Shown here one piece after another: positions 1 to 8,992 of a DNA stretch of 33,620 nucleotides; within the stretch, counting starts at the first letter, position 1; every line of letters starts with the position of its first letter. Made by a program: the position numbers and the translations under genes. The stretch comes from Bacteroidia bacterium (GTDB lineage: Bacteria; Bacteroidota; Bacteroidia; CAIKAF01), in contig DATCKI010000289.1 in NCBI GenBank assembly GCA_036562365.1, positions 1 to 33,620 on the forward strand, read 5' to 3'. Below the pieces are notes generated by a model. That model was given only the letters and a program-made list of their open reading frames with translations, searched no databases and was not told the DNA's origin.

Positions 1-215
1 GAATCTGGAACTTTTGTATAGTCCAAAACATTATCATTTACAAGAAAGGCTTTCTGTATACGTACATATTGTACAGTGTCGTATTGGTTCAAAAGCCCAT
101 AAACTACGGTGGTTTCTTTATAATTTCCCGCAATGTCAACTTCTGAACGACATGAATTTAATGCAATACCTAAAGTAATTGCACATAAAATTGCCTGTAT
201 ATTTTTCAACTTCAT
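1..215 (-). CDS. putative lipoprotein, N-terminal fragment (gene continues past the left edge of the window)
   Basis: Not in the ORF track. The reverse-strand ATG at 215-213 opens MKLKNIQAILCAITLGIALNSCRSEVDIAGNYKETTVVYGLL..., a signal peptide ending in a lipobox-type Cys. The frame stays open to base 1. A TATATTTG box lies 4 nt upstream. Confidence 0.5.
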   Translation of the reverse strand, partial: MKLKNIQAILCAITLGIALNSCRSEVDIAGNYKETTVVYGLLNQYDTVQYVRIQKAFLVNDNVLDYTKVPD

Positions 216-219
216 ATAA

Positions 220-227
220 CAAATATA
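220..227 (-). promoter_or_regulatory. Bacteroidota -7 promoter box TATATTTG for the left-edge lipoprotein gene
   Basis: Exact TAnnTTTG match on the reverse strand, 4 nt upstream of the ATG at 215. Confidence 0.5.
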
Positions 228-261
228 AGAGGTATTTTATAATACTGAATGAACATATTCA

Positions 262-269
262 TACCTTTG
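262..269 (+). promoter_or_regulatory. Bacteroidota -7 promoter box TACCTTTG for panB
   Basis: Exact TAnnTTTG match 28 nt upstream of the panB ATG at 298. Confidence 0.6.
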
Positions 270-297
270 TCGGAATAATATCGAAAAAAAACTTAAT

Positions 298-1116
298 ATG
301 TCGGCAGTAACAGGAGACGTAAAACGCATAACCACCCATAAATTACAAGAAATGAAAAGAGCTGGCGAGAAAATCGCTATGCTAACTGCATACGATTTCA
401 CCATGGCTAGAATTTTAGACCGTGCAGGAATCGATATTCTTTTAGTGGGTGACTCTGCATCGAACGTAATGGCAGGACACGAAACTACCTTGCCTATCAC
501 ATTAGATCAAATGATTTACCACGCAGCTAGCGTTATTCGTGCAGTTGAACGTGCCTTGGTGGTTGTAGACTTACCTTTCGGTAGTTATCAAGGTAACTCA
601 AAAGAAGCCTTAAACTCCGCTATCCGTATCATGAAAGAAACCGGTGCTCACGCCGTTAAATTAGAAGGTGGCGAAGATGTTGCCGAAAGCGTTAGCCGTA
701 TTATTCGTGCTGGTATTCCGGTTATGGGGCACCTTGGACTTATGCCTCAAAGTATCTACAAATACGGAACTTATACCGTTAGAGCTAAAGAAGAAAAAGA
801 AGCTGAACAACTTTTAAAAGATGCTAAACTTCTTCAAGAAATAGGATGCTTTGCACTTGTACTCGAAAAAATTCCAGCTAAACTTGCAAAACGTGTTGCA
901 GATGAACTTGATATTCCTGTTATCGGAATTGGTGCCGGCGCTGGAGTAGATGGTCAAGTTCTCGTTGTACACGATATGCTTGGTATGACCTACGAATTCC
1001 AACCTCGTTTCCTTCGTCGTTACCTTAATCTTTACGAAGAAATCTCTACCGCTATCCATGCTTATGTAGCCGACGTAAAAAGCTCTGATTTCCCTAACGA
1101 GAAAGAACAATATTAA
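298..1116 (+). CDS. panB: 3-methyl-2-oxobutanoate hydroxymethyltransferase (ketopantoate hydroxymethyltransferase)
   Basis: 272 aa. [16 protein letters not shown] and the VKLEGG / IPVMGHLGL blocks are characteristic of PanB. Confidence 0.9.
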   Translation: MSAVTGDVKRITTHKLQEMKRAGEKIAMLTAYDFTMARILDRAGIDILLVGDSASNVMAGHETTLPITLDQMIYHAASVIRAVERALVVVDLPFGSYQGNSKEALNSAIRIMKETGAHAVKLEGGEDVAESVSRIIRAGIPVMGHLGLMPQSIYKYGTYTVRAKEEKEAEQLLKDAKLLQEIGCFALVLEKIPAKLAKRVADELDIPVIGIGAGAGVDGQVLVVHDMLGMTYEFQPRFLRRYLNLYEEISTAIHAYVADVKSSDFPNEKEQY

Positions 1117-1790
1117 TGCAAGAAAGAGTTTTATTTGAAGACAATCACCTAATCGCTATAAATAAAAAATCTGGGGAGATTGTACAAGGAGATAAAACCG
1201 GCGATATACCTCTTTCTGAAACTATTAAAGCTTTTCTCAAAGAGAAATATCAAAAGCCTGGCAATGTATTTTGTGGAGTGATTCATAGAATAGACCGACC
1301 TGTTACTGGGATCGTTCTTTTCGCTAAAACCTCTAAAGGTTTGGAAAGAATGAACGCTCAATTCCAACAAAAGAAAATTCGTAAAACCTATTTGTGCATT
1401 GTACGTAACGAACCTAAACAAACAGAAGGCATAATTCAAGCTTGGCTCAAAAAAAACGAAAAACAAAATAAAAGCTATGCCTACAATCATGAAGAGAAAA
1501 ACGCTCTCTTCTCTGAATTAGAATATAAAGTTATAGGGAAAAGCGACCGATTCTTCCTCCTCGAAATTAATCCTATTACTGGTCGACACCACCAAATTAG
1601 ATGCCTTTTGGCACATATTGGTTGCCCTATTTTGGGCGATTTAAAATATGGCGATAAAAGACCTAACCCCGATAAATCTATTTCGCTGCATGCTTATAAA
1701 TTAAATTTTACACACCCAACAACCGAAGAACCCATAGAAATTATAGCTCCCAAACCTAACTCAGCACCTTGGTCCTATTTTTCTATTTAA
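1116..1790 (+). CDS. RluA-family pseudouridine synthase
   Basis: 224 aa with the catalytic-Asp motif HRIDRPVTG (HRLDxxTSG type) and a GRHHQIR block. Its ATG overlaps the panB stop (TAATG). Confidence 0.8.
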   Translation: MQERVLFEDNHLIAINKKSGEIVQGDKTGDIPLSETIKAFLKEKYQKPGNVFCGVIHRIDRPVTGIVLFAKTSKGLERMNAQFQQKKIRKTYLCIVRNEPKQTEGIIQAWLKKNEKQNKSYAYNHEEKNALFSELEYKVIGKSDRFFLLEINPITGRHHQIRCLLAHIGCPILGDLKYGDKRPNPDKSISLHAYKLNFTHPTTEEPIEIIAPKPNSAPWSYFSI

Positions 1791-1829
1791 TGGTAAGTGT
1801 GACTTAAATTTTATCAAACATATTATTGC

Positions 1830-1863
1830 AAAAAAAAAGATTCTCGTAGGAGAATCTTTTTTT
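1830..1863. terminator. bidirectional rho-independent terminator between convergent genes
   Basis: A-run, stem gattctc (1839-1845) / gagaatc (1850-1856), 4-nt loop, T-run. It can serve the + strand panB-rluA unit and the - strand TonB-like unit. Confidence 0.75.
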
Positions 1864-1886
1864 CATTTAAAATATATTGTTCTATC

Positions 1887-2636
1887 TTATTGAAGACGGA
1901 ATTGAATTGGTAATGTATAACTTACCGCAGTTGGCATATTACGTTGTTTTGCTGGTTGCATTTTAGGGAAGTTACGTACTACACGCATAGCTTCTTCTTC
2001 TAATCCATAACCAATTTTACGATCTGGAATAGCAAGATTTACATCTTTAACTACACCATCTTTACCTATGGTAAATTTAACATAAACCACACCTTCTTTA
2101 CCCATCTCACGAGCACGAGAAGGATAATTAACATTTTTACCTAAGAATTTACCAACTTGTTCTTGGAAACACTCTAATAAAGCTTGGTTATCTTTAATTC
2201 CTTCGCAACCAGGATACACTGGGTATTCCTCAACTGCTAAGAATTCAACCACTTCGTCAACTAGGGGAACGTCACCAGTACCTCCGATAACTCCACCTTC
2301 AACCCCTTCAGATTGATTCATATCAGATACGTCAATATTCAATTCTGTATCTATTTCCACTTCATTATCTGCTATCTCAATAATCTCTGGTGCAGATGGT
2401 GGTGGCGGTGGTGGTGGTGGCGCAGTAGTTGGTGGTGGAGTAGTTAATTCTACTACAGCCACTTCTTCTATCGGACCAAGTTGTACCACAGGCCCTATTA
2501 CCTCTTTTATAGCTTCTGTAAAGGTTTTCCACTCAAATGCTACAAGCAGGAAAGACAAGCCAAAAACTAACCCTACCGTAAAGAATAGAGCTCTTTGCTT
2601 GCCTAAATTTTGTTTATTATTCTTTTCTATGCTCAT
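1887..2636 (-). CDS. TonB-family C-terminal-domain protein (membrane anchored, poly-Pro linker)
   Basis: 249 aa. It has an N-terminal TM helix (LFFTVGLVFGLSFLLVAF), a PPPTTAPPPPPPPPSAP linker, and a C-terminal YPGCEGIKDNQALLECF...GVVYVKFTIGKDGVV TonB_C-like fold. Confidence 0.7.
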   Translation of the reverse strand: MSIEKNNKQNLGKQRALFFTVGLVFGLSFLLVAFEWKTFTEAIKEVIGPVVQLGPIEEVAVVELTTPPPTTAPPPPPPPPSAPEIIEIADNEVEIDTELNIDVSDMNQSEGVEGGVIGGTGDVPLVDEVVEFLAVEEYPVYPGCEGIKDNQALLECFQEQVGKFLGKNVNYPSRAREMGKEGVVYVKFTIGKDGVVKDVNLAIPDRKIGYGLEEEAMRVVRNFPKMQPAKQRNMPTAVSYTLPIQFRLQ

Positions 2637-2691
2637 TTTGACAAATGGATATTTGCGGTTGTAAATATATTATGCTTTTTTTAAAAACAAA

Positions 2692-3426
2692 CTAATTCAA
2701 TTGAAATTTAACGGAAGTTATATAGCGTTGCTTCACTTTATGCGGCCCCTGACGTGCTGGTTTCCAGCTTCCCATATTCGAAATAGCCTCTATAACTTGT
2801 TGATCTAATTTTTGATGAATCCCTTTAATTAAAGTTACATTATTCACATTCCCGTTTTCGTCAACCACATATTCTACAGCAACTAATCCTTGCACCCCTT
2901 TACGTATCATTTCTAAATCGTACTTAACAGTCTTCTGAATATACGACATTACATTATTCTGAGTACAATTTAATTTTTCTTGATAATCTTCAATTCCTTC
3001 ACAATTACCATATGTTGCAATTATTTCTGGAAAAAATAGGGCTTCTACCTCCTCCCCTAAATCTATAGTTGAAGAAGAATTCGAATCTTCAGATAAATTG
3101 TTTAAACCCTCTATATTATCAATTCCATCTAAATTTTCATCAATAAATTCATCCAATTCTACCAGATCAGGTTCAATTTTAATAATGTCGGATAAATCTT
3201 TAAGCTTAGGGCTAACGGCTTTAGGTAAAGAAACAGGTTTTTCAGGAGCTGGAGGAAGAAAAGTCTCCATAATAACCGGTGAAGGTAAGATAGGGTCGTA
3301 TCTAAATGCTTTGGCTTCGAAAGCTCTATATTCAAAACTAGCTAAAAGAAGGCTACTTCCGGTAGTAATACCAGCAAATAAGTAAAAGAGTCTTCTATAC
3401 TTTGTGTTTGCTTGGGAATTTTTCAT
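2692..3426 (-). CDS. TonB-family C-terminal-domain protein, paralog of the downstream gene
   Basis: 244 aa. It has an N-terminal TM helix and an acidic linker in place of poly-Pro. It shares the Cys pair (NCEGIEDYQEKLNC) followed by GLVAVEYVVDENGNV. Confidence 0.6.
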   Translation of the reverse strand: MKNSQANTKYRRLFYLFAGITTGSSLLLASFEYRAFEAKAFRYDPILPSPVIMETFLPPAPEKPVSLPKAVSPKLKDLSDIIKIEPDLVELDEFIDENLDGIDNIEGLNNLSEDSNSSSTIDLGEEVEALFFPEIIATYGNCEGIEDYQEKLNCTQNNVMSYIQKTVKYDLEMIRKGVQGLVAVEYVVDENGNVNNVTLIKGIHQKLDQQVIEAISNMGSWKPARQGPHKVKQRYITSVKFQLN

Positions 3427-3805
3427 ATAGCTTATAATTTAATTTTCCGTGTATAAATCTGAAAGCGAAAAGACCTAAACCCAAACCAATTATATCAGCA
3501 GCAAGGTCAAAAAGGTCGCCTTCTCTGTTTATTACAAATGAACTTTGAAAAAGTTCAATTAAGGCTGCGTAAAAAATTGAAATAATTATTGTAGCCTTTA
3601 CAGGTATTAAACGGAAAACGTATAAACTATATTGTTTTTGAAAGAAAGTTAGCATCTGGAATGCTAAAACCATAAATAAAAAGGCATGAACTAACTTGTC
3701 CATGCCCCAAAAAGGACTCTCTGGCATCCCCGAACCGGGCGACAAACAGAGTAAAGCTATACAGACTGCTGTACAAAATGTAGTAAAGCCATGTCTGAAA
3801 AACAT
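3395..3805 (-). CDS. VanZ-family membrane protein
   Basis: 136 aa with four hydrophobic segments and a DKLVHAFLFMVLAF motif typical of VanZ-like proteins. It overlaps the next gene by 32 nt. Confidence 0.6.
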   Translation of the reverse strand: MFFRHGFTTFCTAVCIALLCLSPGSGMPESPFWGMDKLVHAFLFMVLAFQMLTFFQKQYSLYVFRLIPVKATIIISIFYAALIELFQSSFVINREGDLFDLAADIIGLGLGLFAFRFIHGKLNYKLYEKFPSKHKV

Positions 3806-3808
3806 ATA

Positions 3809-4189
3809 TTAAGCTCCTATTAAAGACTTATAAGCCTCAGCGTCTAATAAATCGTTTAATTCTGCTGGATTAGCAATTTTAATTTTAACCATCCAACCCT
3901 GGTTATAAGGGTCTTGGTTTACTAATTCTGGAGCATCGTTAAGTGCCGGATTAACCTCTAAAATCTCACCAGAAACAGGTAAATACAAGTTAGAAACTGT
4001 TTTTACTGCTTCAACTGATCCAAAAATTTCGTTAGCTCCAAGACTTTGACCTTGAGTCTCAATCTCTACAAATACGATATCACCTAATTCGCTTTGAGCA
4101 AACTCGGTAATTCCAACAAATGCAAAATCGCCTTCCACTCTGATCCACTCGTGATCTTTTGAGTATTTTAATTCTTGAGGTATATTCAT
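3809..4189 (-). CDS. gcvH: glycine cleavage system protein H
   Basis: 126 aa with HEWIRVEG and the lipoyl-lysine region [19 protein letters not shown]. Confidence 0.9.
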   Translation of the reverse strand: MNIPQELKYSKDHEWIRVEGDFAFVGITEFAQSELGDIVFVEIETQGQSLGANEIFGSVEAVKTVSNLYLPVSGEILEVNPALNDAPELVNQDPYNQGWMVKIKIANPAELNDLLDAEAYKSLIGA

Positions 4190-4245
4190 GATATTGTTAA
4201 ATTTCGGTGTAAATGTAAGTTTTTCCTTATATAAAAGGAAGTATT

Positions 4246-4761
4246 TTATTCATTCCAAAATAGCTTTTTTAATTCTACAGCATCATCTGGCTTCATTTTA
4301 CCAGCAAGGATCAAACTTAATTGTCGTCTCCTTAAGGCCGCATCATATCGCACTTTTTCTAATTCAGTCTCTGGAATTATTTCAGGAACCGGACAAGCCT
4401 TCCCATCTTCTCCTATAGCAACAAATGTATATATAGCTTCATTACATTTTTTTCGCTCCCCAGTTATATGATCTTCAACAAAAACGTCTATTATAACTTC
4501 CATGCTCGATTTAAACGAACGCGAAACCTTTGCTTCTAATGTTACTATATCGGCTAATTTAATAGGTTGATTAAAAGATACATTATTAACAGAAGCCGTA
4601 ACTACCACCCGTCTGCTATGCCTTTGAGCCGAAATGGCCGCCACTATGTCCATCCATAACATTAATCTACCCCCAAATAGATTCCCTAAGGTATTTGTAT
4701 CATTGGGCATAACTATTTCGGTCTGGATAGTTAACGATTCACTTGGAGTTTTTGGCCTCAT
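4246..4761 (-). CDS. acyl-CoA thioesterase (hotdog fold, YciA-like)
   Basis: 171 aa with [21 protein letters not shown], typical of hotdog-fold acyl-CoA thioester hydrolases. Confidence 0.75.
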   Translation of the reverse strand: MRPKTPSESLTIQTEIVMPNDTNTLGNLFGGRLMLWMDIVAAISAQRHSRRVVVTASVNNVSFNQPIKLADIVTLEAKVSRSFKSSMEVIIDVFVEDHITGERKKCNEAIYTFVAIGEDGKACPVPEIIPETELEKVRYDAALRRRQLSLILAGKMKPDDAVELKKLFWNE

Positions 4762-4781
4762 AATTAATTCTTAAATTGCGG

Positions 4782-4789
4782 CAAATATA
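4782..4789 (-). promoter_or_regulatory. Bacteroidota -7 promoter box TATATTTG for the thioesterase-gcvH-vanZ-tonB-like run
   Basis: Exact TAnnTTTG on the reverse strand, 20 nt upstream of the ATG at 4761. Confidence 0.55.
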
Positions 4790-4872
4790 CCTTGTTTAGA
4801 AGAAAGTAGGGGTCTAAAATACACTTTTTCAATTTTTTTTGTTGAAAAGTTTGGGATTTAAAACTAAAGCCA

Positions 4873-4880
4873 TAACTTTG
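4873..4880 (+). promoter_or_regulatory. Bacteroidota -7 promoter box TAACTTTG for rpmH
   Basis: Exact TAnnTTTG. A TTTG at 4850-4853 lies 19 nt upstream, the expected position for a -33 element. Confidence 0.6.
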
Positions 4881-4928
4881 CACTCCCGAAAAATTCAGAA
4901 TAAAGAATACAGTTAAAAATATTGTGTT

Positions 4929-5090
4929 ATGTCAAAAAGAACATTTCAACCGTCTAGAAGAAAGAGAGTAAACAAGCATGGATTCCGCAAGCGTATGGAA
5001 TCAGCTAACGGACGTCGTGTATTAGCTGCTCGTAGAAAAAGAGGCCGTAAAAAATTAACGGTTTCTGATGAGAAAAGATTTAAATGGTAA
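4929..5090 (+). CDS. rpmH: 50S ribosomal protein L34
   Basis: Too short for the ORF track. Translation is [53 protein letters not shown] (53 aa), the L34 signature plus a short C-terminal extension. Confidence 0.9.
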   Translation: MSKRTFQPSRRKRVNKHGFRKRMESANGRRVLAARRKRGRKKLTVSDEKRFKW

Positions 5091-5114
5091 TTTTTACCTT
5101 CTAAATATTATTCA

Positions 5115-5144
5115 GCCGTTTCCCAAAAAGGAAACGGCTTTTTT
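5115..5144 (+). terminator. rho-independent terminator of rpmH
   Basis: Stem gccgtttcc (5115-5123) / ggaaacggc (5130-5138), followed by TTTTTT. Confidence 0.8.
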
Positions 5145-5176
5145 GCTTTCATGCTTTGTTTTTCAATCTAACATAA

Positions 5177-5184
5177 TATTTTTG
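5177..5184 (+). promoter_or_regulatory. Bacteroidota -7 promoter box TATTTTTG for sprE
   Basis: Exact TAnnTTTG, 38 nt upstream of the TTG start at 5223. Confidence 0.55.
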
Positions 5185-5222
5185 CAATATTAGAGTTATC
5201 TTAGATTCAGATTTGACCTATT

Positions 5223-7811
5223 TTGAAAAATCGTCTTTACATACTTGGACCACTAGTTTTGTTACTAATCCTCTCCTCTTGTTCTACAAGAAGAGATAAG
5301 TGGCTTAACCGTAATTGGCACGCTATGAATACCCGCTACAACGGTTTATATAATGGCCGTTTAGCTATTCAAGACGCTTTCTTCGACCTGGCCAAGGCGC
5401 ATCAAGAGGATTATAACAAACCTATCCATGTTTATAAACACGGTAATAAAGACATAGCTCAATCCGTTAATCCACTCACCGATAGAGCCCTCGAAAAAGG
5501 TGCTAAAATGATCAAAAAACACTCCATGCTTATTAATGGAGAACAAAAAAATAAATACATAGACGATTGTTACTTCTTACTCGGACAAGCTAATTTCATT
5601 AAAAGAGAAACTTTTCCTGCCATTCAGCAATTCAGATACGTTATCCAAACTTCTGAAAGCAAAAATATGAAAGATATCGCCCGACTTTGGATGATCCTTT
5701 CTTATAACGATCTGGGAGAATTCTCTCAAGCTGAATCTGAATTCAACCACTTCCTTGATAAAACTCCTCACAAAAAAGTGCTTCCACTTTATTATGGAGC
5801 TATGGCCGATTTCTTCATTAAATCTGAAGAATATCCTCCGGCCATTATCCCTTTAACCGAATTAGAAAAAATCACTAAAAAGAAAAAAGATAAAGCACGT
5901 TATAACTTTATTATTGGCCAAATTTGGCAAACCCTAGGCAATTCCGATGAAGCTAATAAATACTTCGTTAAGTCCATTAAATATAAACCAGAATACGAAT
6001 TAGAATTCCAAGCTGCCATTTCGGTTGCTATTTCTACTCAAGAAGGCAATAATAACGAGGGACTAAAAAAAACTCTTAAGAAAATGCTTCGCGATGATAA
6101 AAATATAGATTATCGCGACCAAATTTACTATGCTATGGGCATACTTGCCCAAAAAGAAAATAACGAAGCCCTTGCTATCGAAAACTTCACCAAATCAGCT
6201 AAAGCTTCTACTAAAAATAGAACTCAAAAAGGTGTTTCTTACGCTGCTATCGCAGATATTTTCTACAGCAAACCAGATTATGTAAGAGCTCAAAAGTATT
6301 ACGATAGCGCTAGTGTAAACCTAGACTCTAAACATCCGGTTGCTGCAAAAGCTACGCTTTTAGCTAAAAACTTGAAAGATGTTGTAAAATATACCAATCA
6401 AATTATTGAATCTGATAGTCTATTAACCTTAGTTTCTTTAACTCCTGAACAACAAGAAGCCAGAATTAACGACTATATCGAAAAACTTAAAAAATTAGAT
6501 AAGGAAGAAAAAATAAGATTAGAGCAAGCTGCTCTTAATGCTTTAAATACGCCTACTAACCCTAATTTACTTGAAAATAACGGTAAATGGTATTTCTTTA
6601 ACCCACAAACAGTTGCCTTTGGTAAACAAGAGTTTAAGAAATTATGGGGCACCCGTAAAAACGAAGATAACTGGCGTAGAAAAAACAAAATGAGCATAGG
6701 TGGCGACGGACCTATTGTTGAAGAAAACGTGGGCTCTGACCCGAATAAACCTAATGTGCGCGACGAAGATAATCCGCGCTACGACCCACAAACATACTTA
6801 GCTTTAATTCCTCGCGGAATTAATACCATTGATTCTCTTTTAGCAAAATTATACGAAGGTCATTTTAATCTTGGCCTCGTTTATAAAGATCGCTTAAGAG
6901 CCTATCCTCAAGCAATTGAATCGTTTAATAATTTACTAAAACGTAGTACAAACAATGCTCACGTTCCAGAAGTGTATTATCAACTTTATATTGCACACAA
7001 ACTATTGAACCAAGATGCAGATGCAAATAGACAAAAAGACATACTTTTAACGCAATATTCATCGAGCGATTATGCCAATTTAATTCTAGACCCTAACTAT
7101 TTAAGCAAAAAGGATAATAAAACTGAAGAGGCCGAGAAAGCATACGAAGTGGCTTATAACTATTATTTAGGTAGAGATTATGCAAGAGTACTTCAAGAGT
7201 GTGAGTTAGCGAAAATTAATTATGAAGGGTCACCTGTACTTCCTAAATTCTCACTATTAAAAGCATTAGCGAGTGGTTCTTCACAAGGTAGAGAATCATA
7301 TATAAACTCTTTACAAGAAACGGTAAATTTATACGCATCTACAAGCGAAGGAAAAAAAGCACAAAGCATATTAGACATCTTAAACAGACCAGATGCTCAA
7401 GCAAAAGGGGAAACAAATAATGCAATTGGAGCCTCATATTTACCAGGCGACATGGAGAAACATTATTATGTAATTTCAGTTCCAGAAGCAAATATCAACC
7501 TAAACGAAACTAAAAAACAAATCTCACAATTTAATACTCAGTATTACCGAAATTCAAACTTACAAGTACAAGAAGTAGCCTTTGGCGACGATAAGAAGTT
7601 TTTAGTAATAAAAGAATTCCCATCAGCTACGGGAGCTATAACTTACTACAAAAGTTTTGAATCAAATTCAGATATAATAGAAAATATCCCCTCCGAACAG
7701 ATCCCTGTTGCCTTTGCCATTAGTGTATCGAATTATGTAAAATTAATGAAATCAGGTTCATTACCTGAGTACATGAAATTCTTCTTCGATACATATAAGT
7801 TTAATAATTAA
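5223..7811 (+). CDS. sprE: SprE/PorW-family TPR lipoprotein (type IX secretion / gliding motility)
   Basis: 862 aa with a TTG start. The lipoprotein signal is LLLILSSCSTRRD, followed by the family-typical WLNRNWHAMNTRYNGLYNG N-terminus. The body is TPR-like and helical, and the size matches SprE. Confidence 0.7.
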   Translation: MKNRLYILGPLVLLLILSSCSTRRDKWLNRNWHAMNTRYNGLYNGRLAIQDAFFDLAKAHQEDYNKPIHVYKHGNKDIAQSVNPLTDRALEKGAKMIKKHSMLINGEQKNKYIDDCYFLLGQANFIKRETFPAIQQFRYVIQTSESKNMKDIARLWMILSYNDLGEFSQAESEFNHFLDKTPHKKVLPLYYGAMADFFIKSEEYPPAIIPLTELEKITKKKKDKARYNFIIGQIWQTLGNSDEANKYFVKSIKYKPEYELEFQAAISVAISTQEGNNNEGLKKTLKKMLRDDKNIDYRDQIYYAMGILAQKENNEALAIENFTKSAKASTKNRTQKGVSYAAIADIFYSKPDYVRAQKYYDSASVNLDSKHPVAAKATLLAKNLKDVVKYTNQIIESDSLLTLVSLTPEQQEARINDYIEKLKKLDKEEKIRLEQAALNALNTPTNPNLLENNGKWYFFNPQTVAFGKQEFKKLWGTRKNEDNWRRKNKMSIGGDGPIVEENVGSDPNKPNVRDEDNPRYDPQTYLALIPRGINTIDSLLAKLYEGHFNLGLVYKDRLRAYPQAIESFNNLLKRSTNNAHVPEVYYQLYIAHKLLNQDADANRQKDILLTQYSSSDYANLILDPNYLSKKDNKTEEAEKAYEVAYNYYLGRDYARVLQECELAKINYEGSPVLPKFSLLKALASGSSQGRESYINSLQETVNLYASTSEGKKAQSILDILNRPDAQAKGETNNAIGASYLPGDMEKHYYVISVPEANINLNETKKQISQFNTQYYRNSNLQVQEVAFGDDKKFLVIKEFPSATGAITYYKSFESNSDIIENIPSEQIPVAFAISVSNYVKLMKSGSLPEYMKFFFDTYKFNN

Positions 7812-7821
7812 AAAAAGGATT

Positions 7822-8244
7822 ATGTTAGGTAGAAAAAACAAACCGGAAACTGCTGTAGCTACACCCAATGCCACTGAAACAAGTACAATTATTCCTAATT
7901 GTCACATCTCAGGAACTTTTAAAAGCGATGGGAATATTCGTTTAGAAGGTTCAGTAGAAGGAAAAATCATTTGCAAAGGAAAAGTTGTAATTGGTGAATC
8001 TGGAAAAGTAGAAGGAGATATTGAATGCGTAGATGCAGATATCTCTGGAACTATCATTGGAAATATCAGTGCATCTGGTATTGTGAATATTAACAAAGGT
8101 GGAAATGTGAACGGCGATATCACTGCCGAAAACATTAAAATGGATTTAGGGGCGAAATTTATTGGACGTTCGTTGATGAAAACTCAACCTTCACAGATAA
8201 AAGTATCACAAATTGAAACCAAAAATCCAGAAAAAGTCGGATAA
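7822..8244 (+). CDS. bactofilin-family polymer-forming cytoskeletal protein
   Basis: 140 aa with repetitive beta-helix turns (GSVEGKIICKGKVVIGESGKVEGDIECVDADISGTIIGNISASGIVNINKGGNVNGDI) typical of the DUF583/bactofilin fold. It starts 10 nt after the sprE stop. Confidence 0.8.
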   Translation: MLGRKNKPETAVATPNATETSTIIPNCHISGTFKSDGNIRLEGSVEGKIICKGKVVIGESGKVEGDIECVDADISGTIIGNISASGIVNINKGGNVNGDITAENIKMDLGAKFIGRSLMKTQPSQIKVSQIETKNPEKVG

Positions 8245-8443
8245 ACCGAACGAAGCTTTAAAATATGTTGATTTAGGTTGGCGTATGCTCGCCATTGTTG
8301 GCGCTAGCGTAGCAGCTGGTTATTTTTTGAATAAAAAATTCCCACAAACCTACCCATTATTTCTTGTGAGCCTCCCTTTATTAGGCTTAGGCATTTCTAT
8401 GTATATGCTTATTAAAGCCGGTAGCACTAAAAAGAAAAATTAA
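8213..8443 (+). CDS. AtpZ/AtpI-like small membrane protein
   Basis: 76 aa with a TTG start that overlaps the bactofilin 3' end by 32 nt. A basic N-terminus is followed by two TM helices (LGWRMLAIVGASVAAGYFL and YPLFLVSLPLLGLGISMYMLI), as in PF09527-type proteins. The start codon is uncertain. Confidence 0.5.
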   Translation: MKPKIQKKSDKPNEALKYVDLGWRMLAIVGASVAAGYFLNKKFPQTYPLFLVSLPLLGLGISMYMLIKAGSTKKKN

Positions 8444-8445
8444 TC

Positions 8446-8898
8446 ATGCGAGTTACTATTCAACGTGTAAAAAGCGCTAAAGTCTCTATTGGAGGAAAGA
8501 TCAAAGGAAAAATTGGACAAGGGTTACTTATATTTTTAGGTGTGGAAGACTCTGATACACTTGAAGATATCACTAAACTCACTTATAAAATTACAAGACT
8601 ACGCATCTTCCCCGACCAACACGGTAAAATGAACTTGTCGCTTTGGGATACAGATTATAGAGCTTTAGTAATTAGTCAGTTTACCCTTTTTGCTTCTACC
8701 AAAAAAGGAAGTAGACCTTCTTTTATTAATGCTGGGAAACCTGAATTTGCACGTATGATGTACGAAATGTTCTGTTTACAATTAGAAAAAGAATTAAATA
8801 GTAAGGTTGAAACCGGCGAATTTGGAGCTGATATGCAAGTTAGTTTAGTAAACGATGGGCCTGTTACTATTAATATTGACACAAAATCTTGGGAATAA
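8446..8898 (+). CDS. dtd: D-aminoacyl-tRNA deacylase
   Basis: 150 aa with MRVTIQRV, GLLIFLGVE, SQFTL and NDGPVT blocks typical of Dtd. It starts 2 nt after the preceding stop. Confidence 0.9.
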   Translation: MRVTIQRVKSAKVSIGGKIKGKIGQGLLIFLGVEDSDTLEDITKLTYKITRLRIFPDQHGKMNLSLWDTDYRALVISQFTLFASTKKGSRPSFINAGKPEFARMMYEMFCLQLEKELNSKVETGEFGADMQVSLVNDGPVTINIDTKSWE

Positions 8899-8959
8899 TT
8901 TTATATTCGCTTCTGGTTAATGAAAAGTTAATTAGATTTGCAAGGTAAACTTAAGGTAT

Positions 8960-8967
8960 TATTTTTG
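8960..8967 (+). promoter_or_regulatory. Bacteroidota -7 promoter box TATTTTTG for the OmpH/Skp gene
   Basis: Exact TAnnTTTG, 25 nt upstream of the ATG at 8993. Confidence 0.6.
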
Positions 8968-8992
8968 CGTTCTTACATTAGAAAATACTAAA

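Noticed and set aside
2397-2440. A GGT/GGC-rich triplet tract that looks like a tandem repeat.
   Set aside because: It is the reverse complement of the codons for the poly-Pro linker of a TonB-like protein. It is an ordinary coding low-complexity tract and is imperfect as a repeat.
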